Assembly: GCA_964458565.1 (NCBI GenBank)
Contig: CAYWJO010000041.1
Location: 1 to 31,778 of the forward strand
Reading direction: 5' to 3'
Origin: an uncultured archaeon
GTDB lineage: Archaea > Asgardarchaeota > Thorarchaeia > Thorarchaeales > Thorarchaeaceae
Length of the DNA: 31,778 bases
Shown here: piece by piece, positions 8,252 to 17,636 of the stretch
How the letters are laid out: each line of letters opens with the position of its first letter
How positions within the stretch are numbered: position 1 is the stretch's first letter
Notes under the pieces: model-generated
What the model was told of the DNA's origin: nothing
The model's database searches: none
Seen by the model: the letters and a program-made list of their open reading frames with translations, nothing else
Position numbers and translations under genes: made by a program

Positions 8252-9157
8252 TCAGGAAGATACCACAATATATCCAAGGACAATGATGCTAGTGAGAATT
8301 CCTAGACCATAGACTGTATCAAGAAGTATCTGTGTTACTGCCACGTCAAATATCATGATTGTGTAAGTACTCAATAGCATTATTCCAATCGCCATTGTAA
8401 CTAGGAAAATCCTCTCAAAGCTTGTCAATGGCTTCTTATGTAATGTGAAAGAGCGCAACCAAAGCACAATTAGAGGTAGAACGATTGGAGGAAGTACGAT
8501 TAATGCGATACCTAATGGAAACAGCATGACTCCACTAAGTTGAGCTTGAAGGTTGTCCAATTTCTCTCTATACCTTTCAAACTCTTTTGCATATACCTTA
8601 CCGTAATCCTTGTGCACTCGGGTCTGGTAGCCACTCCAGAGTGAGAATTTAGCATCACCAATTCGTTTCTGGATTTTGTCTTTCCTAGACTTCGTGTATT
8701 CAGGTTGATATATTCCTTTGATCGCAGGAAGCACATAGATAGATATCATCAATGACCAGATACCGTAGATTGAGATTAGCAAATCAAGAATGGTTTCTCC
8801 ACCTGAAAAGTACACTCCTGCTATCTTGTATATTCCATATACAACTATGATTACAACCGGGATCAGGAGTGCTAGTTTTATTCTTCTAGCAAAAGATACG
8901 TTTCCTTTCATTCCATCTGAAAATATCCTTAAAACAAAACTACACAACGAAGCATAGGTCAGCATTATCCCAATTCCACTAAGCACCTTCATTGTTACAC
9001 CCGACATAGAAAAGAGAAAGATCATGTAGTCTGTGGAAATGAGGGTGGATAGATCCCATGCATTGATGTAGAAAAGCCCTATCAGGAGAAAAAGTCCGAT
9101 TATCATTGCGAAAGCGTAAAGTTCTCGAGATTTCTTGGTGATTATTTCTGCTGCCAT
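8252..9157 (-). CDS. Hypothetical polytopic membrane protein
   Basis: 301 aa with about 7 hydrophobic segments around a basic cytoplasmic loop. GAGGAG RBS upstream. Confidence 0.8.
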   Translation of the reverse strand: MAAEIITKKSRELYAFAMIIGLFLLIGLFYINAWDLSTLISTDYMIFLFSMSGVTMKVLSGIGIMLTYASLCSFVLRIFSDGMKGNVSFARRIKLALLIPVVIIVVYGIYKIAGVYFSGGETILDLLISIYGIWSLMISIYVLPAIKGIYQPEYTKSRKDKIQKRIGDAKFSLWSGYQTRVHKDYGKVYAKEFERYREKLDNLQAQLSGVMLFPLGIALIVLPPIVLPLIVLWLRSFTLHKKPLTSFERIFLVTMAIGIMLLSTYTIMIFDVAVTQILLDTVYGLGILTSIIVLGYIVVSS

Positions 9158-9317
9158 TCTAATGGACTCCTCTATATAGGTAGACCTGATTCGTTTATGA
9201 TAAGTTTCTGTATCTTCTTAATACACTTTCTTTGATAGCATATTTGAAAATGCACACAATTTATGAACGCACAACGAGAAATTCTATATAACAACTCTTA
9301 AGTCATCACTCAAATGC

Positions 9318-10697
9318 ATGGATTACGGTGATAGAATCTTGACCAAAATGTTTGGTACAAACGGTGTCCGTGGTGTAATAAACAAAGACCTTACTGTTGA
9401 TATGGTCCTCAAATTGAGTCGTGCTATTGGCTCTGTGCTAGGACCGGGTACATTTGGTATAGCACGAGATTCACGGATGGGCGGTGAAATGTTCACTGGA
9501 GTATTGACTTCTGGGTTGACCTCGACAGGTTGTTCGGTTGTCAATCTTGGTTTTGCGCCAACTCCGACTTTGCAGTATATGATTCCCAGACTAGGATGTA
9601 TCGGTGGAGTTATGGTCACAGCATCACACAATCCTCCTCAATTCAATGGAATCAAAGCGCTAGGGTCCAATGGAATTGAGGTAACTCGCGAAACCGAAGA
9701 TCAGATTGAGGCAGTCTACCACTCGAACAAGTTTAGAATTGCTGATTGGAATGAAATTGGTCAAGTCACACATAATGACTCTGCAATTGATGTGTATTTA
9801 GCCGGAATCAAATCTCTCCTTGATGTCGAAGTAATAAAGAAGAAGAAACTGAAAGTGATTGTTGATTGCGCTAATAGTGTGGGGGGTTTAGTGACACCCC
9901 GACTATTAAGAGAACTTGGATGTACAGTAGTTTCACTTAATTCTCAGTTAGATGGTTCATTTCCGGGACGAAATCCAGAACCTATCCCTGAGAATATCAA
10001 AGACCTAGCCCACGCGGTGAGCGCCATTGGGGCTGATCTAGGCGTAGCACATGATGGTGATGCAGATCGAGCAACCTTTGTTGATGAAACGGGCAGAGTC
10101 CTGTGGGGTGACCAATCCTTTGCATTGATTGCCTCGCGAGTATTGGCTAGGAAACATGGGTCAACTCTAGTTACGCCTGTTTCAAGCGGCCGACTTATTG
10201 AAGATGTAGCCCGAAAAGCTGGTGCTAAGATAGACTGGACTGTGGTTGGAAGTGTTATTGTTTCGCACAGGCTCATGGAGATTGGTGCAGAACTTGGGGG
10301 TGAGGAAAATGGTGGGGTATTTTATCCAGCTCATCAGCCTGTCCGTGATGGTGCAATGACTGCCGCTCAAATTGTGGAAATGATTGCTCTAGAAGGCAAG
10401 ACACTCTCACAGCTTGTCAGTGAACTTCCTGTATATTTCAATACAAAGGTGAAAGTACATATTCCTCAAGAAAAGAAGGAACCGCTTCTAGAAGCACTAC
10501 TTGAATTAAGTAAGGATATGAATCGTATAACACTAGATGGCTTGAAGATAATCCGCGATGAAGGCTGGATTCTCATCAGACCATCTGGCACTGAGCCTAT
10601 CTGTCGTTGTTTTGCCGAAGGAACCACGCAAGAAACTGCAGACCGTCTTAGTGAAGAAGGTGTTGAGCTCATTGAGCGTGCAAAGAAACTGATCTAA
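9318..10697 (+). CDS. glmM: Phosphohexomutase (phosphoglucosamine mutase / PMM-PGM family)
   Basis: MFGTNGVRG, catalytic TASHNP, metal loop DGDADR, sugar loop GEENGG, RPSGTEP. The true start may be slightly downstream of the GGTGA. Substrate specificity cannot be resolved from motifs. Confidence 0.9.
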   Translation: MDYGDRILTKMFGTNGVRGVINKDLTVDMVLKLSRAIGSVLGPGTFGIARDSRMGGEMFTGVLTSGLTSTGCSVVNLGFAPTPTLQYMIPRLGCIGGVMVTASHNPPQFNGIKALGSNGIEVTRETEDQIEAVYHSNKFRIADWNEIGQVTHNDSAIDVYLAGIKSLLDVEVIKKKKLKVIVDCANSVGGLVTPRLLRELGCTVVSLNSQLDGSFPGRNPEPIPENIKDLAHAVSAIGADLGVAHDGDADRATFVDETGRVLWGDQSFALIASRVLARKHGSTLVTPVSSGRLIEDVARKAGAKIDWTVVGSVIVSHRLMEIGAELGGEENGGVFYPAHQPVRDGAMTAAQIVEMIALEGKTLSQLVSELPVYFNTKVKVHIPQEKKEPLLEALLELSKDMNRITLDGLKIIRDEGWILIRPSGTEPICRCFAEGTTQETADRLSEEGVELIERAKKLI

Positions 10698-10783
10698 TCC
10701 CTCTTTCCATTATCTAGTGTAATCTCAAAAGGAAATGATGGACTGATTTGACACCTGAATTATAACTGCTGAAAATGCCAGTT

Positions 10784-11016
10784 CATAATGCTTATTTCAA
10801 GATGCATGGTAGGTATTGGTACTGGATAGTGTCTTTGTATCCACTGGTAATGTGATTAGCTTATGTTGAGAGTAGCTTATGTGAGCAGCTATACACCCAG
10901 AGAGTGTGGAATAGCCACTTTCACAGAGGATTTGACTAAAAGTATTGACGAACTCCATGTCTTGGAACCTGCAGCTATTATTGGCATAAATGACCATGGC
11001 TCATCCTACAACTATG
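10784..11016 (+). repeat. Copy 1 of a 233-bp diverged duplication (GT4 upstream region plus first ~51 codons)
   Basis: Aligns without net gaps to 15361-15593. Both start CATAATGCTTAT, have the ATG at offset +79 and end AACTATG. Confidence 0.85.
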
Positions 11017-12026
11017 GAAAAGAAGTAGTAATGCAAATTGATGCGAATGACGAGAGTACATATCGCCAAGTAGCTGATCAAATCAACAATTCCGATTTTG
11101 ATTTGGTCAATGTCCAACATGAGTTTGGTCTTTTCGGTGGAGATTGGGGAAATTATCTCTTAACGTTCCTTAAAAAATTGAGCAAGCCATGCATAACTAC
11201 CATGCACACGACACTTTCACCCAATTCAAGGATATTTCAGACACCCGAAAGTAAAGCAGCCCACGACAAAGTAGTGAAAGGGATAGGGCGATACAGCTCT
11301 GCCATTACTGTTATGACGAAGATGGCGGCCAACATCCTTCAGAAGAGCCATAATATTGACGCCAATAAAATCAGAATCATTCCGCATGGAACTCCACCTA
11401 TACCATTTGTTTCAAGCGAGACAGTAAAGGACGCTTTAAGTTTGGATGGGCGAGTTGTTTTGTCTACATTCGGTCTCTTGAGTCGTGACAAGGGAATTCA
11501 TAATGCAATTAAAGCTCTGCCAGATATCATCAAAGAGTGGCCTGATATTCTCTATTTAATAATTGGAGCAACTCATCCACAAGTAAGACTGCGTGTGGGC
11601 GAGAAATACAGAAAACGCCTTGTGAATTTAGTGAAGAAGCTAAAGTTAGAGAAGAATGTTAAGTTCCACAATAGATTCTTGAGTAAAGACGAACTTATTC
11701 AATACCTACAAGCTACGGACGTGTACATCTGCCCCTATGTCAACGTGGGTCAGCTTTCGAGTGGAACTTTGACATATGCTTTAGGGGCTGGAAGAGCCAT
11801 TGTTTCTACTCCTTTCTATTACGCGAAAGAGGTTCTAGATGAGGGCCGTGGAGTACTGTGCAAATTCAAAAACCCTGCTTCCATTACCGATGGTATCAGA
11901 CATCTCTTAAAAAACCCTGAACAGAGAGCTCATATTGAGAAGCTGGCATATGAGTACGGTCAGGATATGACGTGGTCCAAAGTAGCTTCGAAATATGTTT
12001 CCTTATTCAACGAAGTGATTCAATAG
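10863..12026 (+). CDS. Glycosyltransferase family 4 (YxPRxCGIATF subfamily)
   Basis: SSYTPRECGIATFT, VQHEFGLFGG, TFGLLSRDKG, GATHP and QLSSGTLTYALGAGRAIVSTP. GT-B fold. Confidence 0.92.
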   Translation: MLRVAYVSSYTPRECGIATFTEDLTKSIDELHVLEPAAIIGINDHGSSYNYGKEVVMQIDANDESTYRQVADQINNSDFDLVNVQHEFGLFGGDWGNYLLTFLKKLSKPCITTMHTTLSPNSRIFQTPESKAAHDKVVKGIGRYSSAITVMTKMAANILQKSHNIDANKIRIIPHGTPPIPFVSSETVKDALSLDGRVVLSTFGLLSRDKGIHNAIKALPDIIKEWPDILYLIIGATHPQVRLRVGEKYRKRLVNLVKKLKLEKNVKFHNRFLSKDELIQYLQATDVYICPYVNVGQLSSGTLTYALGAGRAIVSTPFYYAKEVLDEGRGVLCKFKNPASITDGIRHLLKNPEQRAHIEKLAYEYGQDMTWSKVASKYVSLFNEVIQ

Positions 12027-12165
12027 ACAGGAGGATGGATTCTATCGATCTTCCCTTTTTCAACTTCAGTTAGCTGCATATGATAATGTTCGTGCTATGT
12101 AATCTAACTTCAAATACTACAGATTACGAAGAGAAACGTGTATCTAGCATATCTAGCTCGTAATT

Positions 12166-13359
12166 TCATTCAGAAACTGCTTCTTGTGAGAAACTTCGAA
12201 CTTCGTCAAAAAACAGGGTTTTTTTCTGTTCGACTGACACCGCGGCGTACAGATACATCGCTGCTGACCAACTCTGCCAGTCTTGCCCTCTTGGTGTACC
12301 ATCTTGAGCGCGAAACCATTCATTAAAGCCGAAGTCGACTTTAGCTTCACGTGAAGGGCGAACCAGTTCGGTCAATGCGAGCAGTTTTTTTTCCGCCAAT
12401 GAAATCCTGCCTGCCGCCACAATCGCAGCTATGTAGAAACCGCAAACAAAAGGCCAGACTCCTCCGTTGTGATATTCCCCAGGAAGATTGAACTTAGCGT
12501 ATCTCGGATGCCAATCTCGATCCTCTGGCTGAATGTAGGGGAAATAATTAGGGGGGAGGTCAAGCGCTAGCTGGCCTTGTTCACGCATTGTCTGACATTC
12601 ACGCTCAATCCACGAAACCATGCTCTTGGCTCTCGACGGGGAGGCGAGACCTGAGATGATAGCCAGGCTGTTGCCTAAGAGGTCGAAATGTTCGTCACTA
12701 AGGACTTTATACACCCAGGCAGCATAATAGGGTCTTTGACGGGGTGCCAATCCCTTTTTGACGGACTCAGGCTGAACTTCACCACTAATCCTGTACTTGT
12801 TCAACTCATTCCGAATCCTAGAGGCTCTCTCGGTTTTATTGTGCAAGAGAAGATAGCTGTAGACAATGGTATTCACATAAAGCCCGTACCCCAAAATCCA
12901 TTGCTCATCTCGCCAATCACTGGTTGGCAATTGGGCTACCATCTCTTCATTTGCCGGACTCTGGTATTCCATCCATGTCATCGCTTTCTGTACCGCATCA
13001 TCAAGGAAGTTGGCTTCCCTGGTTACCTTTCTGTATAGACCGACGTCTAGAAGAAAAAGAGGTGTTGAATCGCTTGAATTAAGTTCATCTGGGTCATGAA
13101 CAAGTACCGGAATTTGCCCTAAATGGCTTTGATTTTTAGCTAGCGTCTGGAGTACACGTCGCAGAATTGATATTAGACTTTGATTCCCGCAGGCCAGTAC
13201 GCCTAGCCCGGATATTAAGAGATCACGGGTGTAAGGCTCTGGGTACCCCCATCCAGCAGTTCTAGGTAGCGAGTTGTACGGGCCTCGGGCATTGTGCAGC
13301 AAGACCTCCAGGGCTGCTTCCTTGGCTTCGCTAATACTAGCCCATTGTTGTGGCTTCAT
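12166..13359 (-). CDS. (alpha/alpha)6 glycoside hydrolase, GH100 invertase-like / amylo-alpha-1,6-glucosidase-like
   Basis: YPEPYTRD, FDLLGNSLAI, YHNGGVWP and FNEW...QSWSAAMYL parallel the GH100 motifs (YHNGGSWP, QTWS). Confidence 0.82.
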   Translation of the reverse strand: MKPQQWASISEAKEAALEVLLHNARGPYNSLPRTAGWGYPEPYTRDLLISGLGVLACGNQSLISILRRVLQTLAKNQSHLGQIPVLVHDPDELNSSDSTPLFLLDVGLYRKVTREANFLDDAVQKAMTWMEYQSPANEEMVAQLPTSDWRDEQWILGYGLYVNTIVYSYLLLHNKTERASRIRNELNKYRISGEVQPESVKKGLAPRQRPYYAAWVYKVLSDEHFDLLGNSLAIISGLASPSRAKSMVSWIERECQTMREQGQLALDLPPNYFPYIQPEDRDWHPRYAKFNLPGEYHNGGVWPFVCGFYIAAIVAAGRISLAEKKLLALTELVRPSREAKVDFGFNEWFRAQDGTPRGQDWQSWSAAMYLYAAVSVEQKKTLFFDEVRSFSQEAVSE

Positions 13360-13360
13360 C

Positions 13361-14503
13361 TTATGTAACTCCCAGCCTTTCTGAAATTAGCTGAACGAAC
13401 TTCTTTGCCACAATTCGGTAGTCATAGTTCTCTACCACTCTTTTCCTCCCTGCTTCTCCCATCCGCCTTCGCAGTTTCTCATCTTGCATAAGAGTCAACA
13501 AGTGGTTGGCTATATCATAGACACTGGCTCGATAATCGACCGTATGCGGATTCTTAAAGACAATCCTATGCTCTGGTTCCCAGCCTGACTCCTCCCCGAC
13601 AGTTGTTTCTTTCATCATGATCTCCATAGCGACATCGGCCAAAAAAGCTGTTTCACCATGGACTAGTGTTTCAACCAAAGCCATAGCTTTGATAGACAAT
13701 ACCGGTTTGCCGCAGGCTCCTGCCTCAACCTGCGGCATTCCGAATCCCTCTAACCTTGAGGGAGCAGCATAAATGTCGCACGCATTCAGAAGGTACGGCA
13801 TGAAATTCCGCGAAACGATGTTTGTGGTGTAAACCACCTTATTCATTATTCCTAGGGAGGTCGCTAGCTGAAGATCCATGAGATTCTGCTCCAAGGTCCT
13901 GGGCTGTGGCCAGACCTTGCACACGTATTTCCAATCCGGCGCTTTGCCATCAATAATCGCCAGAGCTTGCATCACTTCCTGTGCGCCCTTGGATGCGGCA
14001 TCTCCGCCTACAGTAAGGATCATAAGTTCATCAGGCTTAACGCCAAGTGCATCACGGACATAGGCCACTTTCTGATCATTCTTGTCACGTGGCACGAAGG
14101 ATTCAGTATCCACTCCAACCGGTAAGACCTCTATATTCTCACCGTGCAGACCATCGCGTCTGTAGACATCTTTAACCCATTGCGATGTAACCAGTATGAG
14201 GGGTAGTGCGTTAAGGATCTCCTGATAATTCGCTACATAGCCATCAGCCACTAGCCAGGGCACCGGCAGGACTCCACACCGCTGAGAATGGAGAACTAGA
14301 TCTGGTATATTTCCCCAGTAGCCCACTCCCACAACTACATCCGGTTTGAACCAGCGGTAATACCATTCCTTTTCCTGCGCAGACAAATAATGAGCCGCTT
14401 GAGCGTCAATCCCCAATTCTTTGAGTCCCTTGTAGAGTAAGTCACCTTGGGTTGCCAGTCCTCCAGGGGGAGGTGGATAGTCGTATAGAACTAGTACTCT
14501 CAT
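13361..14503 (-). CDS. Glycosyltransferase family 4
   Basis: PPPPGGLATQG N-terminal loop, KG motif, and CDIYAAPSRLEGFGMPQVEAGACGKPV (E-x7-E). Start overlaps the upstream stop (ATGA). Confidence 0.92.
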   Translation of the reverse strand: MRVLVLYDYPPPPGGLATQGDLLYKGLKELGIDAQAAHYLSAQEKEWYYRWFKPDVVVGVGYWGNIPDLVLHSQRCGVLPVPWLVADGYVANYQEILNALPLILVTSQWVKDVYRRDGLHGENIEVLPVGVDTESFVPRDKNDQKVAYVRDALGVKPDELMILTVGGDAASKGAQEVMQALAIIDGKAPDWKYVCKVWPQPRTLEQNLMDLQLATSLGIMNKVVYTTNIVSRNFMPYLLNACDIYAAPSRLEGFGMPQVEAGACGKPVLSIKAMALVETLVHGETAFLADVAMEIMMKETTVGEESGWEPEHRIVFKNPHTVDYRASVYDIANHLLTLMQDEKLRRRMGEAGRKRVVENYDYRIVAKKFVQLISERLGVT

Positions 14504-15153
14504 CGCTTTCTCCTCTCAGTTTTTAACCATTTTCGGAATTCAACAGGGGATTGGAAACACCAGAACGCTTCTTCCCTCATGACGATATCAGCTTCATATG
14601 TCCCTAGAGCAAAGCCGTATATGTCAGTAACGATAATGTGTTTCCTTCTCCATATGTCCTCGGGTAGGTATGATTTCAGATGTGCCATCTTGATCGCTTT
14701 AGGGAGATCCTTCTTACCACCCTTTCCCCCATCCTCATAAGCGAACATCCAGACCTCTTTTGCTTTAATCAGTTCTTTCTCCCATAGCATAGCAACTGCT
14801 GTCCCGGTTTCTTCGTGGCGTCGATGCCTTGTGTATTCTCCATGTGGACTGTGGGTTATAATCAGATCGAAATGCTTCTCAGGCAATAAGGAGAGCACCA
14901 TTTGTTGCACATCAGCTTCGGATAGAGGCAATTGCTCTGGTCCATCATCGAGATCACCGATTGCACTAACTCCACCAAGTTGCTGGACAGCGCGGATGAA
15001 TTTTGGCGCCCTATCCGTGTCGCTTCCACGACAGAGCGATATAATTGTCCAATGCCAGTCCGAGTGGATGAGCACAGTCCCGCCAGCCCAGATTGTTTCA
15101 TCATCTGGGTGAGCTACAATCATAGCTGCTGTGAAATAATTCCTCTTTTCCAT
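14500..15153 (-). CDS. PIG-L / LmbE family de-N-acetylase
   Basis: IVAHPDDE zinc motif and THSPHGEYTRHRRH second His motif. Confidence 0.9.
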   Translation of the reverse strand: MEKRNYFTAAMIVAHPDDETIWAGGTVLIHSDWHWTIISLCRGSDTDRAPKFIRAVQQLGGVSAIGDLDDGPEQLPLSEADVQQMVLSLLPEKHFDLIITHSPHGEYTRHRRHEETGTAVAMLWEKELIKAKEVWMFAYEDGGKGGKKDLPKAIKMAHLKSYLPEDIWRRKHIIVTDIYGFALGTYEADIVMREEAFWCFQSPVEFRKWLKTERRKR

Positions 15154-15360
15154 ACAGTCTAGTTACGATGCGAGAAATAAAGATGTAGCTATGATCAAAC
15201 GATGTCTTAGTGAATTCGCTACTTCGTCCACTCTATTTCGAGGATCTCGCCACTCTGGTCTTCATGGACGGTGGAGTGATGGGTGGAGCGTTATGGAGAT
15301 GCGCGACAAGTATCACGATGATAGTGGTCGCATTGACAACACAAATTCTGGGAGCTAATA

Positions 15361-15622
15361 CATAATGCTTATCTCAGAATGCAAATCAAGTATTCATACA
15401 GGATGGTGGCTTTGAATCCTCTGGTGATGTGATTAATCTATGCTTGATGATCTTAATTTTTGCAGCTATACGCCTAGGGAGTGTGGAATAGTCACCCTCA
15501 CCGAGGACTTAACTAGGAGGATAGACGTGCTCTGCTTCTTGAAGCCAGCATCTGTTCTAGCTGTGAATGAGCCCAGCTCATGCTATAACTATGTTTCATT
15601 ATTAAGAGAAATGATTCAGTAG
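15361..15622 (+). pseudogene. Truncated relic of the GT4 gene at 10863 with its upstream region (repeat copy 2, 15361-15593)
   Basis: ORF 15440-15622 CSYTPRECGIVTLTEDLTRRID..LKPA....NE..SCYNY aligns to the N-terminus of 10863. Homology stops at 15593. Confidence 0.85.
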
Positions 15623-15627
15623 AGAGG

Positions 15628-16680
15628 ATGGTGGATCCAATCAAACTTCCTTCAATCAACTGCAGTTGGCTGCAAGCTCTGACCGACGATACAGGTGTCC
15701 TCCAGCACGCAAAATCCTCGATTGCTGACAGGAGAGAAGGATACACTACTGATGATAATGCTCGGGCGCTTATGGCTGTTCTCAAGTACTATGGACTTCG
15801 TAGAAGGAAGCGAGCCCTGAAGTTTGCTGGGATCTATCTCAGCTTTCTTCTTTACGTATTGAAGGATGATGGGCGAGTTCACAATCTTGTGGGATACAAT
15901 CGTAGCTTTCTCGATGAGGAGGGGTCTGAAGACTCACTCGGTAGGGTTCTCTGGGCTTGTGGTTATTCTCAGGACACCCTGATTCCCCAAGACTTCAAGA
16001 CGACGGCGAAAGAAATCTTTGACAGGAGCCTGATTTGGGCGTTGGGATCTGGTTCACCTCGGACCCAGGCCTTTGTTATCCTAGGTCTTTATCACTATGC
16101 TGAGGCGTTCCCTCAAGACAAGAACTCTCGGTTAAATATGATTCATCTAGCTGATCGACTCTGCGAGGGTTACAGACATGAGTCTACGTCGTCGTGGCAA
16201 TGGTTTGAACCGTCCCTCACCTATGCAAATGCTCGTCTCCCTCAAGCGCTTTTCAGGGCCTACCAGACAACCGGAAAACAGGCCTATCTCCAAATCGCCG
16301 AGAAGACTTTCGAGTTTCTTGCAGTGAATGGCATCGTTCAGGACGTGTTCCAGCCTGTGGGTAATCAATTCTGGCACAGAAGAGACGGAGAGAGGGCACT
16401 CTACGATCAACAGCCAATTGAGGCGTCATGTATGGTGGAAGCAGCATCCACCGCATTTAAGGTAACAGGAAAGGAGCAATATTCTAAGATTGCATGGACT
16501 GCGTTTGAATGGTTCATGGGGAAGAACTCAAAGAACGTAATGGTCTACAATCCAGCCACAGGCGGCTGTTATGACGGAATAACACCCGAAGGTCTCAATA
16601 GAAACCAAGGGGCAGAGTCAGGTCTCTCCTATCTCTTGGCGCGCCTTGAGATGGAAACTCTGAGGAAGAAAGAGCCATAG
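15628..16680 (+). CDS. Six-hairpin glycosidase-like protein, the usual C-terminal or downstream partner of YxPRxCGIATF-type GT4
   Basis: LTDDTGVLQHA, GYTTDDNARAL, SEDSLGR, WFEPSLTYANARLPQAL, YDQQPIE, GGCYDG and NRNQGAES. GAGAGG RBS. Confidence 0.85.
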   Translation: MVDPIKLPSINCSWLQALTDDTGVLQHAKSSIADRREGYTTDDNARALMAVLKYYGLRRRKRALKFAGIYLSFLLYVLKDDGRVHNLVGYNRSFLDEEGSEDSLGRVLWACGYSQDTLIPQDFKTTAKEIFDRSLIWALGSGSPRTQAFVILGLYHYAEAFPQDKNSRLNMIHLADRLCEGYRHESTSSWQWFEPSLTYANARLPQALFRAYQTTGKQAYLQIAEKTFEFLAVNGIVQDVFQPVGNQFWHRRDGERALYDQQPIEASCMVEAASTAFKVTGKEQYSKIAWTAFEWFMGKNSKNVMVYNPATGGCYDGITPEGLNRNQGAESGLSYLLARLEMETLRKKEP

Positions 16681-16706
16681 AGTTTACTCAGAGAAACAGA
16701 GATCAA

Positions 16707-17591
16707 CTAGGGAATAAGTTCGCCCAGTTCAAACTCAGCCCCGCATACAACCGAATCAGCTCCGCCATAATAGATCAGAAGCTTGTCATCCAACAGGACG
16801 CTCCCACAGCTAAACACGACGTTAGGTACCTTGCCAAACCTTTCATAATCCTCCCTTGGCTCCAATATCGGTTTTTCCGAACGATAGAGAATGTTCTCAG
16901 GATCATCCTTGTCGATCAAGAGAGTGCCAAGGCGATAGACATAGTTATAGTCCACCCCATGGTAGATGAAAAGCCAGCCCTCATTGATCTTAATGGGTGG
17001 CCCTGCGGATCCAACTTTGAGGCTGTCCCAACTATTGGGTCTGGGTTGCATCACGGCCTTCATATTGCACCATCGTTTCAGGTCGTCGGAATACGCTATG
17101 CACAAATAAGGTTCAATACGGTGATACATCACATAACGCCCCTTTATCTTCCTGGGGAATATCACCGCGTTCTTGTTGAGAATGCCATCAAAGGGTAACC
17201 ATCTCTCTCGCCAGTTCCAGTGGCTTGATACCAGGTCTTCTATTGAGATCGATGTGATGGAAACTTGGTATGCGTTTATAGGATGACTCCTGTATGCTGT
17301 ATAGGTCATCAGGCAATCCCCATCCATTTGTGTGAGTCGCGGGTCTTCACAGCCTAGATCCTCAGAGGAATTTGCTGGTGCGAAAGCTGGTTCGGGCTGT
17401 CGTGTGTCGATTGAATAGCCATCCGAGGAATTTGCGTATCCCAGCCGTGACACACCATCATCCCCCATGGCGCGATAGAGGATGTGGACCTTATCCCCGG
17501 CATAGAGGGCGGCGGCATTGAACACCTCTCTATTTTGCCAGTAATGACCTGATACAGGTTCAAGGATTGGATTGTTTTTAAACCGCTTCAT
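16707..17591 (-). CDS. Glycoside hydrolase family 130 (beta-mannoside phosphorylase/hydrolase)
   Basis: NPIL, VFNAAA, GCEDPR, NKNAVIFP, IYHGV, VPNVVFSCG and YYGGAD five-bladed propeller motifs. AGGAG RBS. Confidence 0.92.
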   Translation of the reverse strand: MKRFKNNPILEPVSGHYWQNREVFNAAALYAGDKVHILYRAMGDDGVSRLGYANSSDGYSIDTRQPEPAFAPANSSEDLGCEDPRLTQMDGDCLMTYTAYRSHPINAYQVSITSISIEDLVSSHWNWRERWLPFDGILNKNAVIFPRKIKGRYVMYHRIEPYLCIAYSDDLKRWCNMKAVMQPRPNSWDSLKVGSAGPPIKINEGWLFIYHGVDYNYVYRLGTLLIDKDDPENILYRSEKPILEPREDYERFGKVPNVVFSCGSVLLDDKLLIYYGGADSVVCGAEFELGELIP

Positions 17592-17636
17592 TAGTTTTTT
17601 CTCCTAGTGTTACATCAAAGATTCCTAGCGTTTGTC

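Noticed and set aside
13361-15153. True eukaryote-like GPI-anchor pathway (PIG-A/PIG-L orthologues)
   Set aside because: Neither protein has a membrane anchor and no lipid-linked pathway genes are adjacent. It is kept only as an analogy.
15191-15358. Short GC-rich intergenic stretch with CCACTCT repeats and ~55-codon open frames
   Set aside because: No recognisable protein motif or convincing RNA structure, so it cannot be supported.
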